From contig NMRA01000252.1 of assembly GCA_002633005.1 (NCBI GenBank), forward strand, positions 107,094-171,093: a stretch of DNA of 64,000 bases. The letters are read 5' to 3'. This DNA is from Phoronis australis (taxonomy: Eukaryota; Animalia; Phoronida). Within the stretch, counting starts at the first letter, position 1; each line of letters begins with the position of its first letter. Shown one piece after another: positions 26,001 through 37,500 of the stretch. The notes under the pieces were generated by a model that searched no databases, was not told the DNA's origin, and worked only from the letters and a program-made list of their open reading frames with translations. The position numbers and the translations under genes were made by a program.

Positions 26001-27777
26001 GTAAGTCTTTTGAACGGACTTGGCAACCTCAAGGGTCTTAATGCCAACTGAGCTGCGAAACGAGATGCTGACATTGTAGAGGCTTACAAGCTCATTGACA
26101 CAGCAGTTGACGAACTGCAAGCGTTGGGAAAAATATCGAAGATATCTGGGTAGAATGGTTCCAAGACGAGCAAACCATTGGATCCGATATACAAATTCCT
26201 CGGCAGTCTAAACAACAGAAGGATAGGACTAACGTATGAGTAACCACTGGGGATTAAAATTTTAGAGAGAAGTTTTCAATTCAAAATTTTTTGCATAGTA
26301 CACTTTAGGTCTCGCGACGGACCAGGCCACCTTGATTTGTGTAGATGTTCAGTTTCAGTGTACTTCTGGTCCCTCGGCGAACTAGTCTTGTGATTTTTTT
26401 ACCAAAGTGTGCTTTGTAAAACTATTTATCTCAGCCAGTACTGTTTGGTTCCGCGACAGATCGACTAATTTTATAAGGATAATAAGCACAGGTGTACTCT
26501 TGGTCTCGTGACGGACCAGGTCAGCTTTTTGTGTACTCTCAGTGTACATCTGGTCCCTCTGCAAACTAGTCCAGTGTATCTTTTCACCACTGTGCACAGG
26601 ATGTTTTGGTTTCGTGAAACTGTTTTCAGATGATTTGTTTCCTGATAGATTTGACGTTTTTCAATTGTTGTCAACGTGATTCAGCTTATTGTTGACACCT
26701 AATTATTTGTTGTCGTTTTTAATAATAGACTATGAGTTGAGAGCACCATCGTTCGCCAGTTTTTCTCGTAACGAGACAGAACACTTACATGTTCATTTCC
26801 GGACTAACGGTACAGGTCTTCGTTCTTAAACAACTTGAGGCTGCTGTTACGCGACCTTCCCCCCGCTCAGTGCCACGCGCCTAGGATTTGACCTTGGCGG
26901 GAATCCTAAACCCCCCTCTTGCTGAAAACGTAGATCCGCCACTGACGCGGCTAGTGAGATTTTAAATGTGCTACCTTGTGCAGCGGACATCAACGAGGAA
27001 TTTTGATTTAAGAACGTAAAAGAGTACGTTGTGAGGGTCAGCCTTCGTTGCTAAGTTACGTCATTTTAAGACCAATCAAGAGCCAGAATATATCAGAGCC
27101 GTCTCTGTTATGGTACTAGTCTGAGTGCAAAACGCTAAGTGGCCTAAAGGTTGTTTTCTGTGATGGAAAGTAGGTTCTTAGTCGCTTAACAGTTTCACTC
27201 CGAGTGAAATCGTTAGTGCAGTCTTTGAACTGACTATTGCAACAAGACAAATAAAAATCTATCATGAATATTATATTTACAGGTGAAATTACAATGTAAC
27301 AACAAAGAAGTACCTGAACTGACGATCCTTGTTGAGCACGTGGAAAACTGTGCATGTCAGTCTTGCCTAGCCAACGAGTACAAGCAGGATTTCCAGAACA
27401 CGTCATTTCCGAAAGATGTAGATGTGGCGGGAATCTTAAACCAAGCTGATAAGTTCAAATTGTCAAAACTGCAATTCAGTCAAAAAGAACAAGCGTCGTC
27501 TGAGTTAATCCCCCGACAGACCGTGGATGGGAATATAACCAGCGAAAGACTTCGTGACTACTCTCTGAAGGATAGCGCGGGTATCAAAGATTCGATTATC
27601 GGCGATGAAAAAAACTCAGATCACAGTGAAAGGTTGCATTTTTATTCGCTCATTTCTCACAAAGATGGAGGTAAAGACGTCTCCCCTCAACCGGAAGGCA
27701 CTAGTGGTTATACGTCATCCCCGTTGGTGACCACAAGTTTGCGTCCTAAACGACGCTTTCGAATACCGCTTCATTAA
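5058..27777 (+). CDS. NBL1: NBL1/DAN-family cystine-knot BMP antagonist; join(5058..5150,11675..11767,18375..18506,27283..27777), 270 aa
   Basis: Exon 1 has a hydrophobic signal-like start (MEIVPLVILALSS). Exon 2 LYPERHAWCEGKPIHQVIGHEDCEPK resembles NBL1 [26 protein letters not shown]. Exon 3 is NSVCVGQCFTYSVP..HYCDSCRPAEVTWKQ. Exon 4 is VKLQC..VEHVENCACQSC. All introns are GT-AG, phase 0. Exon 1 is the least certain. Confidence 0.92.
5683..6971. mobile_element. Putative non-autonomous TTAA-flanked DNA transposon (Kolobok/piggyBac-like)
   Basis: TTAA|AGGGGAC ... GGTCTCT|TTAA with weak terminal inverted similarity. Internal 6267-6560 recurs inverted at 53090-53360 and partly at 51820-51900. 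Confidence 0.5.
9048..9138. repeat. 24-bp tandem repeat, about 4 copies
   Basis: Unit ctacttagaagtgcgccaagttac. Confidence 0.9.
10381..10626. mobile_element. hAT-like MITE with 5-bp TSD (AGTTC)
   Basis: Termini CATGGGCGCACCCA ... TGGGTGCAAACATG with AGTTC on both sides; same family as 61829-62051. Confidence 0.8.
12723..12826 (-). mobile_element. tRNA-derived repeat (SINE-like), degenerate
   Basis: Aligns with 63078-63200 (caggaaccc...ggtctagtg.tcttaccactgagct...gccaactgttatgtca); A/B-box-like on the minus strand. Confidence 0.6.
13077..13608. repeat. 24-bp minisatellite, about 22 copies
   Basis: Unit gagaagtagcacattaaatgtgtg; accounts for the spurious repetitive ORFs here. Confidence 0.97.
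16120..16660. mobile_element. Dispersed DNA-transposon fragment ending in CCCT|TTAA
   Basis: Shares blocks with 38980-39430 (ttaggatttt..gcctagttttt; aaaattcctaa; tttcagaaaat..tactttta.t.gttgac.aagc.tagttttttgatat). Confidence 0.65.
16790..16880. repeat. AAT/AGT microsatellite
   Basis: (AAT)n grading into (AGT/AAT)n. Confidence 0.85.
22036..22150. repeat. Hairpin-bearing end of an unclassified non-autonomous element
   Basis: Inverted repeat tggattttg.agaattatcgccc / gggcgataattct.caaaatcca around ccctcggg..ccctcggg, followed by a TATATA end. Confidence 0.6.
23400..23486 (+). pseudogene. THAP zinc-finger domain relic (transposon-derived)
   Basis: Translates to GHSTVFFTIPKDVEIWKRWVVAIRREGAK, matching the THAP core (F.FPKD...W...IRR). 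An in-frame TAG lies just upstream and the zinc ligands were not recovered. Confidence 0.65.
24949..26944 (+). mobile_element. Internally deleted hAT transposon with transposase remnants and 5-bp TSD (ACGCG)
   Basis: Perfect 16-bp TIR CAGTGGCGGATCTACG/CGTAGATCCGCCACTG. Frameshifted pieces at ~25930-26240 (LLNGLGNLKGL; KRDADIVEAYKLIDTAVDELQ; NIEDIWVEWFQD..IQIPRQSKQQKDRTN) resemble THAP12/ZMYM1-type hAT transposase. Confidence 0.88.
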
Positions 27778-30061
27778 TTATTTCGGTAAAAAATGTAAAG
27801 GACGTTACAACGACACTTATGACGTAAGCCGCCCAAACTTACGTTACGTCACTTCTAAAGTGAAGTCATGACATTTCGTTATAGTTTATACAACCTAGAA
27901 TAGCAAAGTGTCAATTTCTTGCTTTCAGTGAAATGGTTATAACGCGGTGATCACCAAATCAGTCAAAATTGCCACATTGGCGTAAAAGGTGATAACATAA
28001 TACTTCATTCTCAACGTGGCATTTTGTCGGTGATACGTTATACGTACACGTGACGGTCTAATACCGCCAATCAAGTGCAGAGGACATCGATCAAGGTGAG
28101 ATATTGGAGGAAAGAGACGGGACTGTGATAAAGAATCGTGGACGTGCGTATGACTTGATGAGAGACGACGACAGAAAGCTTATCGTTGTCCATTACGCGT
28201 TGTGTGAGTTGGTGTTTCAGGACATCAATATGACGCTCAAAACGGGAACCGGATAAATCTTCAAGTAAGATTGACAAACAAGGTGTATTAATCCACAACA
28301 CGCATAATAAGTAAGCAAAATAACGCGATTATTATAAAAGTTGCTAGGCTTGTGGTCAGAGGCATTGGTTACGCTAAGAACAAAATGAGTTTTTACCGTT
28401 ACATGTACTTGACGTGGACGTGGCTATTGGCAACAAAACTAATACGCCTTGTTAGAATTGGAAATAGTCGCGTGGGTTTTGAAATACATTATGTCCGCAA
28501 ATTTTATGGAAACGTGTTTATTTAGTAAATCTTTACATGAAGTAGTGTAATGTTAGACGTTTTGATTATTAAACTGATATTAAGCCCTGTTTTAACCTTA
28601 ATTATTTACTATACAAAATACACAAATTGAGTCGGACTTGGTCTTTAAGTAACCGCTAAACCGTATTGCGTATCCGCACTCCACAGCGAATACCATAAAC
28701 AAACGCAAAGGAATCACAAATCTCTTCAAACGCACAAAAGTCCCGACATATAACTTAATGGAAAGATAGTTGATTAGTAATACACATTTATCTTTACTGA
28801 CCGTAACACTACTTCCCCACCTTCCCGTGTACCATTTTTCCACGTTTTCCATGACCACTGTTCCCTTGCCTCTATGTTCTAAAATCCGGACCTTGTACTG
28901 GTTCAAAATTCGTGGGGTCCAAATGTTTAGTCTGTTCAATGTATCTCCGACTGAGTGTATTCTGATCAATGTTTTTTAAACAGAGTATCCTTACCTGAGA
29001 AGCACGGTGAATATTCAACAATAGCACTCATTAGAGATTTTGAAACAAACATCTCATTAGTGGCCTTCTCGTGCAGTCTTATATAGACTAGTATTGACTA
29101 CAACGCCTACTCTAAAGGTCGAAATGTGCCAAGGCGACTCGGACCAAAATGGGATTGTCTGTCCTCTGCGACTAACAACATGACAAGAGCACAGCCAGTC
29201 CACCACCTCCTGTTTGTTGCTTAAATCTATCCCTGGTCAAAACTCATGTCAATTTTGCGTTTGCCCTGCTCCGTTCATTCAAAAGTCCCCCCCCCCCTCC
29301 CCTGGTTGCCATTCATTTCTAACCTCCTTCAAAATGTTGTAAGTTCCGCATACGGGCTGATGCATCTGTTACACAATGTTTCTTTAAATGCTTTATGCTC
29401 TTTTAATGGGATTAAAGGTACACACCCGTGCCTGTCGGCATCGAGGGACAAAAATCAAAGTGCCAGGGCCCAGAGCCAAGCACACTGTGTGTGAAACTAC
29501 GTAGATACCAACCGCGATTTGTGTATTTATTTTACTCGTAGCTGTTTAAGACCATTCAATAATCGCCACATTACGGAAGTTGCAAACGAAATCCGGCACA
29601 CAGTTTTGAAAGTGAGTGATTTCGTTTTTAACGTGTGTGATTTTGTTTTTAAAGTGTGATTGTAAAATATCCCTTTCCTTAGTAGGTCAATCGACCCATA
29701 ACCACGTCTTTCTAAAACAACCTCTGCTTATAGGTGCAATCGGTATGGGCATTTGTCGATTCCTAAAGCTGCCGCGTTTCGAGAAGTTTGGCTCGTTTAG
29801 CGAAAATCGAATTAGGAGTCTTATAAATCGATGGCATAATATTCCTTACCACAGTGGTGTTCCGCTTCCAACGAGAACATCAGAATCATCGGCGACTTGA
29901 TAAAAGGCTTGCTCATCAATGTTCAATTCGTTTGGCCAACCCTAAATTGCGAATTCTAATAGTTCATGTACGCATTGCGTGTGACTTGACCTGGTAACAC
30001 TATAAATTGAGTATTGGGTGGAAACACACCAGTTTTTGTTGATTTTGGGCTTTAAAACGCA

Positions 30062-30270
30062 GCTCGAACAGTCTATTCTACAGGCTGCTTGAACAGTCTA
30101 TTCTACAGGCTACTTGAACAGTCTATTCTACAGGCTGCTTGAACAGTCTATTCTGCAGGCTGCTTGAACAGTTTATTCTCCAGGCTGCTTGAACAGTATA
30201 CTTCTACAGGCTGCTTGAACAGTCTATTCTACAGGCTGCTTGAACAGTCTATTCTACAGGCTGCTTGAAC
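30062..30270. repeat. 25-bp tandem repeat, about 8 copies
   Basis: Unit gctgcttgaacagtctattctacag. Confidence 0.95.
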
Positions 30271-31451
30271 AAAATCTAAAAACCTGAACAGCATACAGGG
30301 CCAAACACAAAAACCTTGTACAGTGTCTATTGAAACTGATTCCAAAGTTAATTTTGTCTGTTATAAAGTACTTAAATATAAAAACTAACAAAAATAAATC
30401 AAAACCGCAGTTTCACCCTAAATCCATCACATTTACATGCGATTATTGCTAACTGAGAGACAAGTAGACTGACAAACTCTTCAGGTTAAAGAAATCAATT
30501 GACTTTTCGACCAGTCAGATTTTTTACAAATCCAAAGAGCCTGAAGAGCACCTGAATTTCCTGTTAAATTTTAACTTCTTGTTTGCAAGCAGTAGCGGTT
30601 TCAGCAAAAGCTATGGCTGAGCAAAAAGTGGGCCAATGGATCAGCAACTGTCAACCTGTCACTCAGAACAAATTCGAAAATCAAATAATTGTCATTCGTA
30701 GCCTTTACACGGCGCACCACAAAACCTAATAAAGTGCCTAGCCAACCCACAGGCGCCAATTTTTGTGAAACGGCAGGGTTAAATTCAACTGTGAAAAATG
30801 TTATGAGACCAATTGTATGATGGAGTAAAATACCAAATTCTGTTTTCGTTTTTAGAGACGGAGTCAAATTCAGTTAGTGAGTTTTGATACTCACATGATA
30901 GTTTTGAAATGCCCCTTGGTTTTCTAAAGCGTTCCACATCAAAACTCGCATTAGTCTAAATCTGGATAGAAGCAGCGTCGCTTAGTAAATAGGACTAAAT
31001 ACGAGCAATATAAAATATTACAGTCGACTTTTGCCTCGGGAAAAAATCTGTGTAACCACTACCATTAATGACAGAAGAACAACTTTCACTGATACAGAAC
31101 TCGAAATAACATCACAGTACATTTCCAAACAAATGTTTCAGATTTGGAAGCAATTTTTTGTAGGACTGCACTAAATCAAATTACATGTCAATAAAATAAC
31201 GGAAATTTTAACGAATCTCCTTTCAACTATTGGCGATCTTATTCACCAATTAATGAAACAATAATTGATTTAACCTTTGACACAAGTTACTGTAACGTAG
31301 AAAATGGGTGACTATGTGGCCAAAAACTGCAAAACTACATTACACTGAACAAAAAAATTCAACTACTCAATTCCAAGTTCAGGTCTACGCGATTTTGAGA
31401 TTAAGCAGGATTCCAAGTTCACGCACAGCAGAACGATGCGAACTAGGAAGT

Positions 31452-31470
31452 TGACCAAAAGAGGGCGCTA
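31452..31470 (+). promoter_or_regulatory. CTCF-like motif in the TTLL12 promoter
   Basis: TGACCAAAAGAGGGCGCTA resembles the CTCF consensus and ends ~65 bp upstream of the ATG. Confidence 0.4.
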
Positions 31471-31533
31471 TTATCATGCATCGTGTCCGTCAGATGTCTC
31501 TGTGTCAAGAACATCAACAAAACAAGTTGCGGC

Positions 31534-34500
31534 ATGGACGGAGGTGACTCGGAGAACGCCGAATTTAGCACTTTCTTGGCTGCTCATCTAGCTCAGCTTC
31601 AGTCGGCAGGTGTACCCAATATTTACTGGGCGTCACTATACCTCAAATTAAAAAGAGGGGTAAGAAAAAGGGAACAATTGATCTATTGCCAATCAAATCC
31701 TTTGCGTTTGCGTTTCTACGAGCAGACTGGGTCAGGCGGGTTAGACCACAGGCACAGGCGTCCTCAGTTTCTTTTTATTATAGTATTATATATAGTGTAT
31801 TGGGGACGATCAAAAGCTGAAGACGCCTGTGCTTTAGAAGGTCATTTGTCGGAGGTAGTGGTCCCTCATTTTGAGAACCAGGCAGTCACTGAATAACGGA
31901 TGCGTTATTCAATGCCAGTGGATGAAACTGGTTCTCAAAATTAGGGGCCTCTATATCTGGATATGTTGACTAAATTCAAATTGTATCCAGGGTCATGGTA
32001 TGTGTTACTTATACCTCTATGAGCATAAATGCTCGTTTCATTTGATTTTATTTTTTTATTTGGTGTGTTCTGAAATGAGTAACTTTTTATGGGGATGTAC
32101 TATCACCTCTGTATGCCTGCGACATTCAGAGCGATGTAATTGCCTAACCATTTCATAGCCACAACCATAGGTCCACCATATGCTGGAAGGTTTTCTTCAA
32201 AGCATATTACACCTCACACTGATTAAACCGTTAACGTCAAGTTGGTATAAGTACCTTTTGCACATAGACGGACACCCAAGGAGGCTGTTGATGTCTAATG
32301 GCTTCCAACTCAAACAAATACACCCGTGATCAAACTTTTTCTGAGCAGTCCTTCTTTCAGTTGCCCAAATTGGAAACTGGCCATTTTTGCACTGCTTGCG
32401 CCATGGCATATGTCATATGAAAGTTTTGATGCTAGGTTATAAAACAAAGTTAAAGCGTCTATAAACTCTGTTCCATCCAAGAAGCGAACTTCGAGTTAGG
32501 CCATCACCATGATATTAAATTGATTGCAACTTGACTCAGATGAGAAGTGATTTCTAGGTTTGCAAAGTTTGTTATTCCTTAATGTTATGTATGACCTTAT
32601 TGACAAGTCTGTGTATTTGGCCACATATCAACAAAACTAGTTTTTAATTTACTAGACATATATTTTATGAAAGGTGAAAGCATGTAGAATTTGATGTTAA
32701 CTATAAAACATTCTCCCATTGATTGGGTCATGTGACCATGTTCTAAAATTTAGCAAAAAAGAAAGGTACTTTCATAGCAAAATGATGGTATCAATGATAT
32801 GACTAAATTTTAATGTTTAAAATAAAATTGCTTCAAAATACTGCTACAGTCTTCTAATTTGTCATTTCATTTTGGTTTTATATGCACCTTCTGAGCATTT
32901 TTCTGAAAATTCTTAAAAGTGCCGTGTTTTGATAATCCCTCATGCTAATGTAAAACATTTTAAAAATAATTCCTTATTTGTGTTTAGAAGAATGTTGCAC
33001 ACGCCATAGTACCAATCCGATCAGTATTTTTGACGAGAAAAGTAATTTTACAGGCATTAGCAGCAGTGTGGAATCAAACCGACTAGCAGCAGTGTGGAAT
33101 CAAACCGACTAGCAGCAGTGTGGAATCAAACCCACTAGCAGCAGTGCGGAATCAAACCGACTAGCTTGGCAATATTGCTATTTGATTGTTGCATCATCTG
33201 ACACAGAACAAAATAACATTTCAAGTGTATACTAGTATAAATGGTAAAGGTACCTGCCTTGATTTCAGCAAAAGACAACACTTAAGCAAATTGTGCTATA
33301 TTCTAGCTTTACCATTACAGTCATGTTACTTTTGTGTACCTATGAAGTATAGACAGGCAACATGCATCTCGCAACAAAAACTACAGCTATCTCAACTTTT
33401 TAAATTTGTTAATGTCCACGAAAATTGATTGCGGAGTGAGTCTACTGTTAATGTTCCGGTGGGTTGAAAAGGTGAATGTGGTAGCCCGGATGTCACTCTT
33501 TGGCATGGACTGTCATTCACAGAAAATGTCAAATGAAGTCTTGTTCAACTCTTGTGAGTGAGGGTAATATTGTTGTCACTATTGTCAACCAAGAAGGATC
33601 ATGTAATAGAGTGATTGAACATAAGTGATGGCATTTAATTTGCCATGGATTGTGATATATTTGCATCTTGTTCAATTAATAGGTGTTTGATGGGGACAAC
33701 TCCTTTGTTTTTGAGCGATACCCTAGTGATGAAGATGGCAAGACGTTCTTGTGGAAGATTGTCATTTCTAGCGAAGAAGGATTCCAGACTTCAGATCCTG
33801 TCAAGTATTTGTTGACTTCAAACTGTTACTTTTTTATTGGGAATTTCTGCAAGCAAGCCCCCCTCCCCTCCAAGCACGTCCCCCTCCCCTCCAAGCACGC
33901 CCCCTCTCCAAGCAAGCCCCCTCCCTTCCAAGCAAGCCCCCTCCCTTCCAAGCAAGCCCCCTCCTCTCCAAGCAAGCCCCTCTCCCCTCCAAGCAAACCC
34001 CCTCCTCACCAAGCAAGGCCCCTCCCCTTCGAACATACCCCTTTTTAGTTTTCAAATCATGATGTTTTTTGGAATATATCAGAAATTACCAGTATTGACA
34101 AGTTGAAGGCGACACTTTTATGAACAAAGAGGAATGTGTTTGTTGAAACATTGTTCATATCAGATATCATCTCATGTAAATTGATGATAATTTTTACTTT
34201 AATTCCACCCTCATGGTTCATAGCCAATGAATAAATGGACTCACTCTTCAGTTATGTCCTTTCAAATGTAAATATTCTGCTTAAAGTTCAATCTCTGTTT
34301 ATTGGGATAGTCTTAAATAACAGCCATGAGTATGTTAAGTGGCATCTTCTTTTCAAATTCTTGGATTATAATTGTTAATGTTATAATTGTACTGTTTCTC
34401 AACACGTCACAGTATTTGTTACATTATTGATGAACAAGTGAGAGGGAGGTGTTACCGCGGAAATTCAGTGCTAAATGCAGAATGCCGCTGCGGGTCTTGG

Positions 34501-37500
34501 TAACAAAAGTTTGCCAAGAATAGGAATTGTGACCCCACACGTGTCTTGTACTTCAACCTCTAGACCATATTATTTTCATTTCTTCCAGTATATTTGTAAT
34601 TAGTCATGCATGGACATTCAGAACTGGCATGGCAAGGCAGCAGCTGGAGACAATCCCTGGATTTCTGGACAGGATGGTACATTTGATGGATCTTGAGCAG
34701 GAAGGAAAGACAACAGAAGAACTCTTAGAGGATGTACTGAAGGAATCTTGGAAGTAGGATATTGTACGCTGTACACGACCAGAGTAGGATATTGTAGGCT
34801 GTACATGACCAAAGTAGCATATTGTACACTGTGCATGACCTGAGTAGGTTATTGTACGCTGTACGTGACCATATTGTCACAAAGGCTGGATTGTAACGAC
34901 TAGAGTCTGCATGGTCAGTCAAAATGTTCATAATTTCCCCAAGTGACCATTTGGGCCAATAATTTCCTCAAGTGACCATTTGGGCCAATAATTTCCTCAA
35001 GTGACCATTTGGGCCCAGTCTGCAGAGTTTACCTAGTAAATTGTAACAAAGTTTGCCATCTCCACGAAAATAGTGTTAGTGGAATATTCTAGCAGCAGTG
35101 ACGAGATGCTTCTAAGGCACAACAGTATTAGCTTGTACAGATGTGTGATGGGTGATTTTCACCAAAGATAATGAGTAATGATTGACAGTTGGAGAAGTGT
35201 TACTAAGTGAATGGTGTGAAGGGAAATGTTGCTATTTTTGGTGGCGTTTAATGAATCGCTACACTTGTTTTGTTTCGTCTGAAAGTCAGAAAAGTTTTAC
35301 CACCCAGTCATTGCCAGTTGTTCTGTTTAAAGCCTATCTTCAATAGGCTGTAAATTTGTTCTTACAGTATGTTAAGAGCATCGCTCTGAGCCCACTAGTG
35401 CCGTAAATTGCTAAATGTAACGAAATGTTAGGCATATTGGCTTGCTTTTGTCTACATCACTGCGAGAATCACCTTTTAATTCAAACAGCTGCGAATAACA
35501 CCAGCATGCAATGGTGTTCTATTCAGACCCCTATTCAATGCAACCTTTTGTTGTTTGTGCTGGGGTCTCCCGATGACACAACATGGCACAAGAAGGCAGC
35601 TTCACTTATCATTTGACAGGCTTACATTTGCGTGGTTGAACTCACGTTTTCTTATTTTACTGAGGATTTGCTAGGACTATCTGGTTAGCCCAATACATGT
35701 AAAATAACAAAATTCCATTGAAGTTAGGCTTTAAGATTATGTAGGACCCTAAAAATTCCAATTATGGTGAATTTTGTTGTTTTTAAGTGTTCCATTTTTG
35801 CATGAGGTGCTTTAAAAACTTGATTTTGATGAAAAAATTAAAGTTGCATAAAGCAAGAAGAAAACAACAATGTAGAAAATTGTAACAACAATTTTGAGGT
35901 TTTAGTTTGAACATTTTTTCATGCGAAATTTTCCCAAGTTATTGTTCCTGTTGTTTTGCTATAAGTGTACTATGTTAATTTCGTTTTTACTAAATTTTAT
36001 TAAAAAGCATGGTCATGTTACCTCACTAATGACAGATTGATATAAAGCCAAAAATCAAATTCTGTTAATTTCTACTTTCAGGAAATTTATACTTTTGCAG
36101 AGTTGAATTCTATAGTCTCATAGATATTTGGCTAAAAGTACACACTTGTTGATAATGTGCCACATAAGCTTACTTTGGATGCAACAGATTATACTGTCTG
36201 ACATTTTTGTAAATATCGTAGAAGTGTTCATTTTTTATTGTAAGGTAAGGGATTCGAAAGCAATTCCTACCAATGTTTTGAATAGCAGTGCATGAATCAT
36301 TTGAATATCTGATCAACCCTTTTTGAGATACGACATCGTGATCAAATTTTAGCACTTTCATATTGTTACATGCTAGCAATGTTGATTTGTTAACTACTGC
36401 TGCAAGAACAGGTCTTGATATACCCGATATTGCACAGGATCAGTGCACACAATTTTGATGTGTATAGTGCTCATTCCAGATATCAGTGCACATGTTGTTA
36501 CTCTGCAGCTGTGTTAATGATTTTCTTCTAGAAAGTTTGAAGTTTGATCTAGTAACCCTTGTTTTAATGAGTGCTCTGCCATGCGTTGCCACGAAGAGGG
36601 GGGCAATATTCACAACCTTACTGTACGTCCATACGGTGTTTGTTACACAATGTGGTTGCTCGATATCTCCAATTTGAAGGAAATTGCAGATTTTGTTCAT
36701 ATTTTGTACTGAGATGTAGGTGGGACATCTCCAAGCACCAGTCGATCTTGATGACATTGACATCATTTTCTAGCTCGCAGCCAGAAAATTAAGTTTTTAC
36801 CTAGAAAACGATGTTGTGATATCCCCTAAAAGAAGCTGAAGTGTTTGTTCATATTTTGTACCTAGGTGTACGTGCGGCATCTCCAGCTGCTAGTCAATTT
36901 TGGTGACATTGACATTTTCAAGGTAACTGAGAAAATCAAGTTTCTACCTAGAAAGTCTTGTTGCTGTGATGTCTCGTGAAAGAAGCTTCAAATTTTGTTT
37001 GTATTTTGTACTGAGGTGTATGTGTGATGTCTCCAAGTGCCAGTCGATTTTAGTGACCTTGACAGGATTTTCAAGGTCACACCAAGAAAATCAAGTTTTT
37101 ACATGTAAAATGTTGGTGTGGTATCTCAATAGGGAAGCTTTGCAGTTTCTTTACATCATGTACCGAGGTGTACATTCTGCATCTCAATTCTATAGTGGCG
37201 AGAGATAATTTAGTCATTCTGTGACATATGCTTGTTATTTTTGTAGATACTGCATGTTTTACAAGGTGGCTGATGCAGAACTGGTAAGGACCTTATTGGT
37301 AGAGACATTATTTTGTTCTGTCAATTATTTACCTTTAGTTAGCACTGTTTTGCATTCCTTGTAAAATACTATTCAAAGTACATGTCTGTCCAAACATGGC
37401 TAACTTAGACACACATTTTCAAATTAGGCTATTGTTACAATGTGTTGTCTGTTGACAGGGTTCCACTGAATCATTTCCCATTTGGTTTGTTATGGACGAA

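Noticed and set aside
30062-30270. CRISPR-like appearance of short repeats (also 33058, 52114, 50728)
   Set aside because: Units are head-to-tail or have very short AT-rich spacers, there are no unique 25-45-bp spacers and no cas genes, and the context is eukaryotic.
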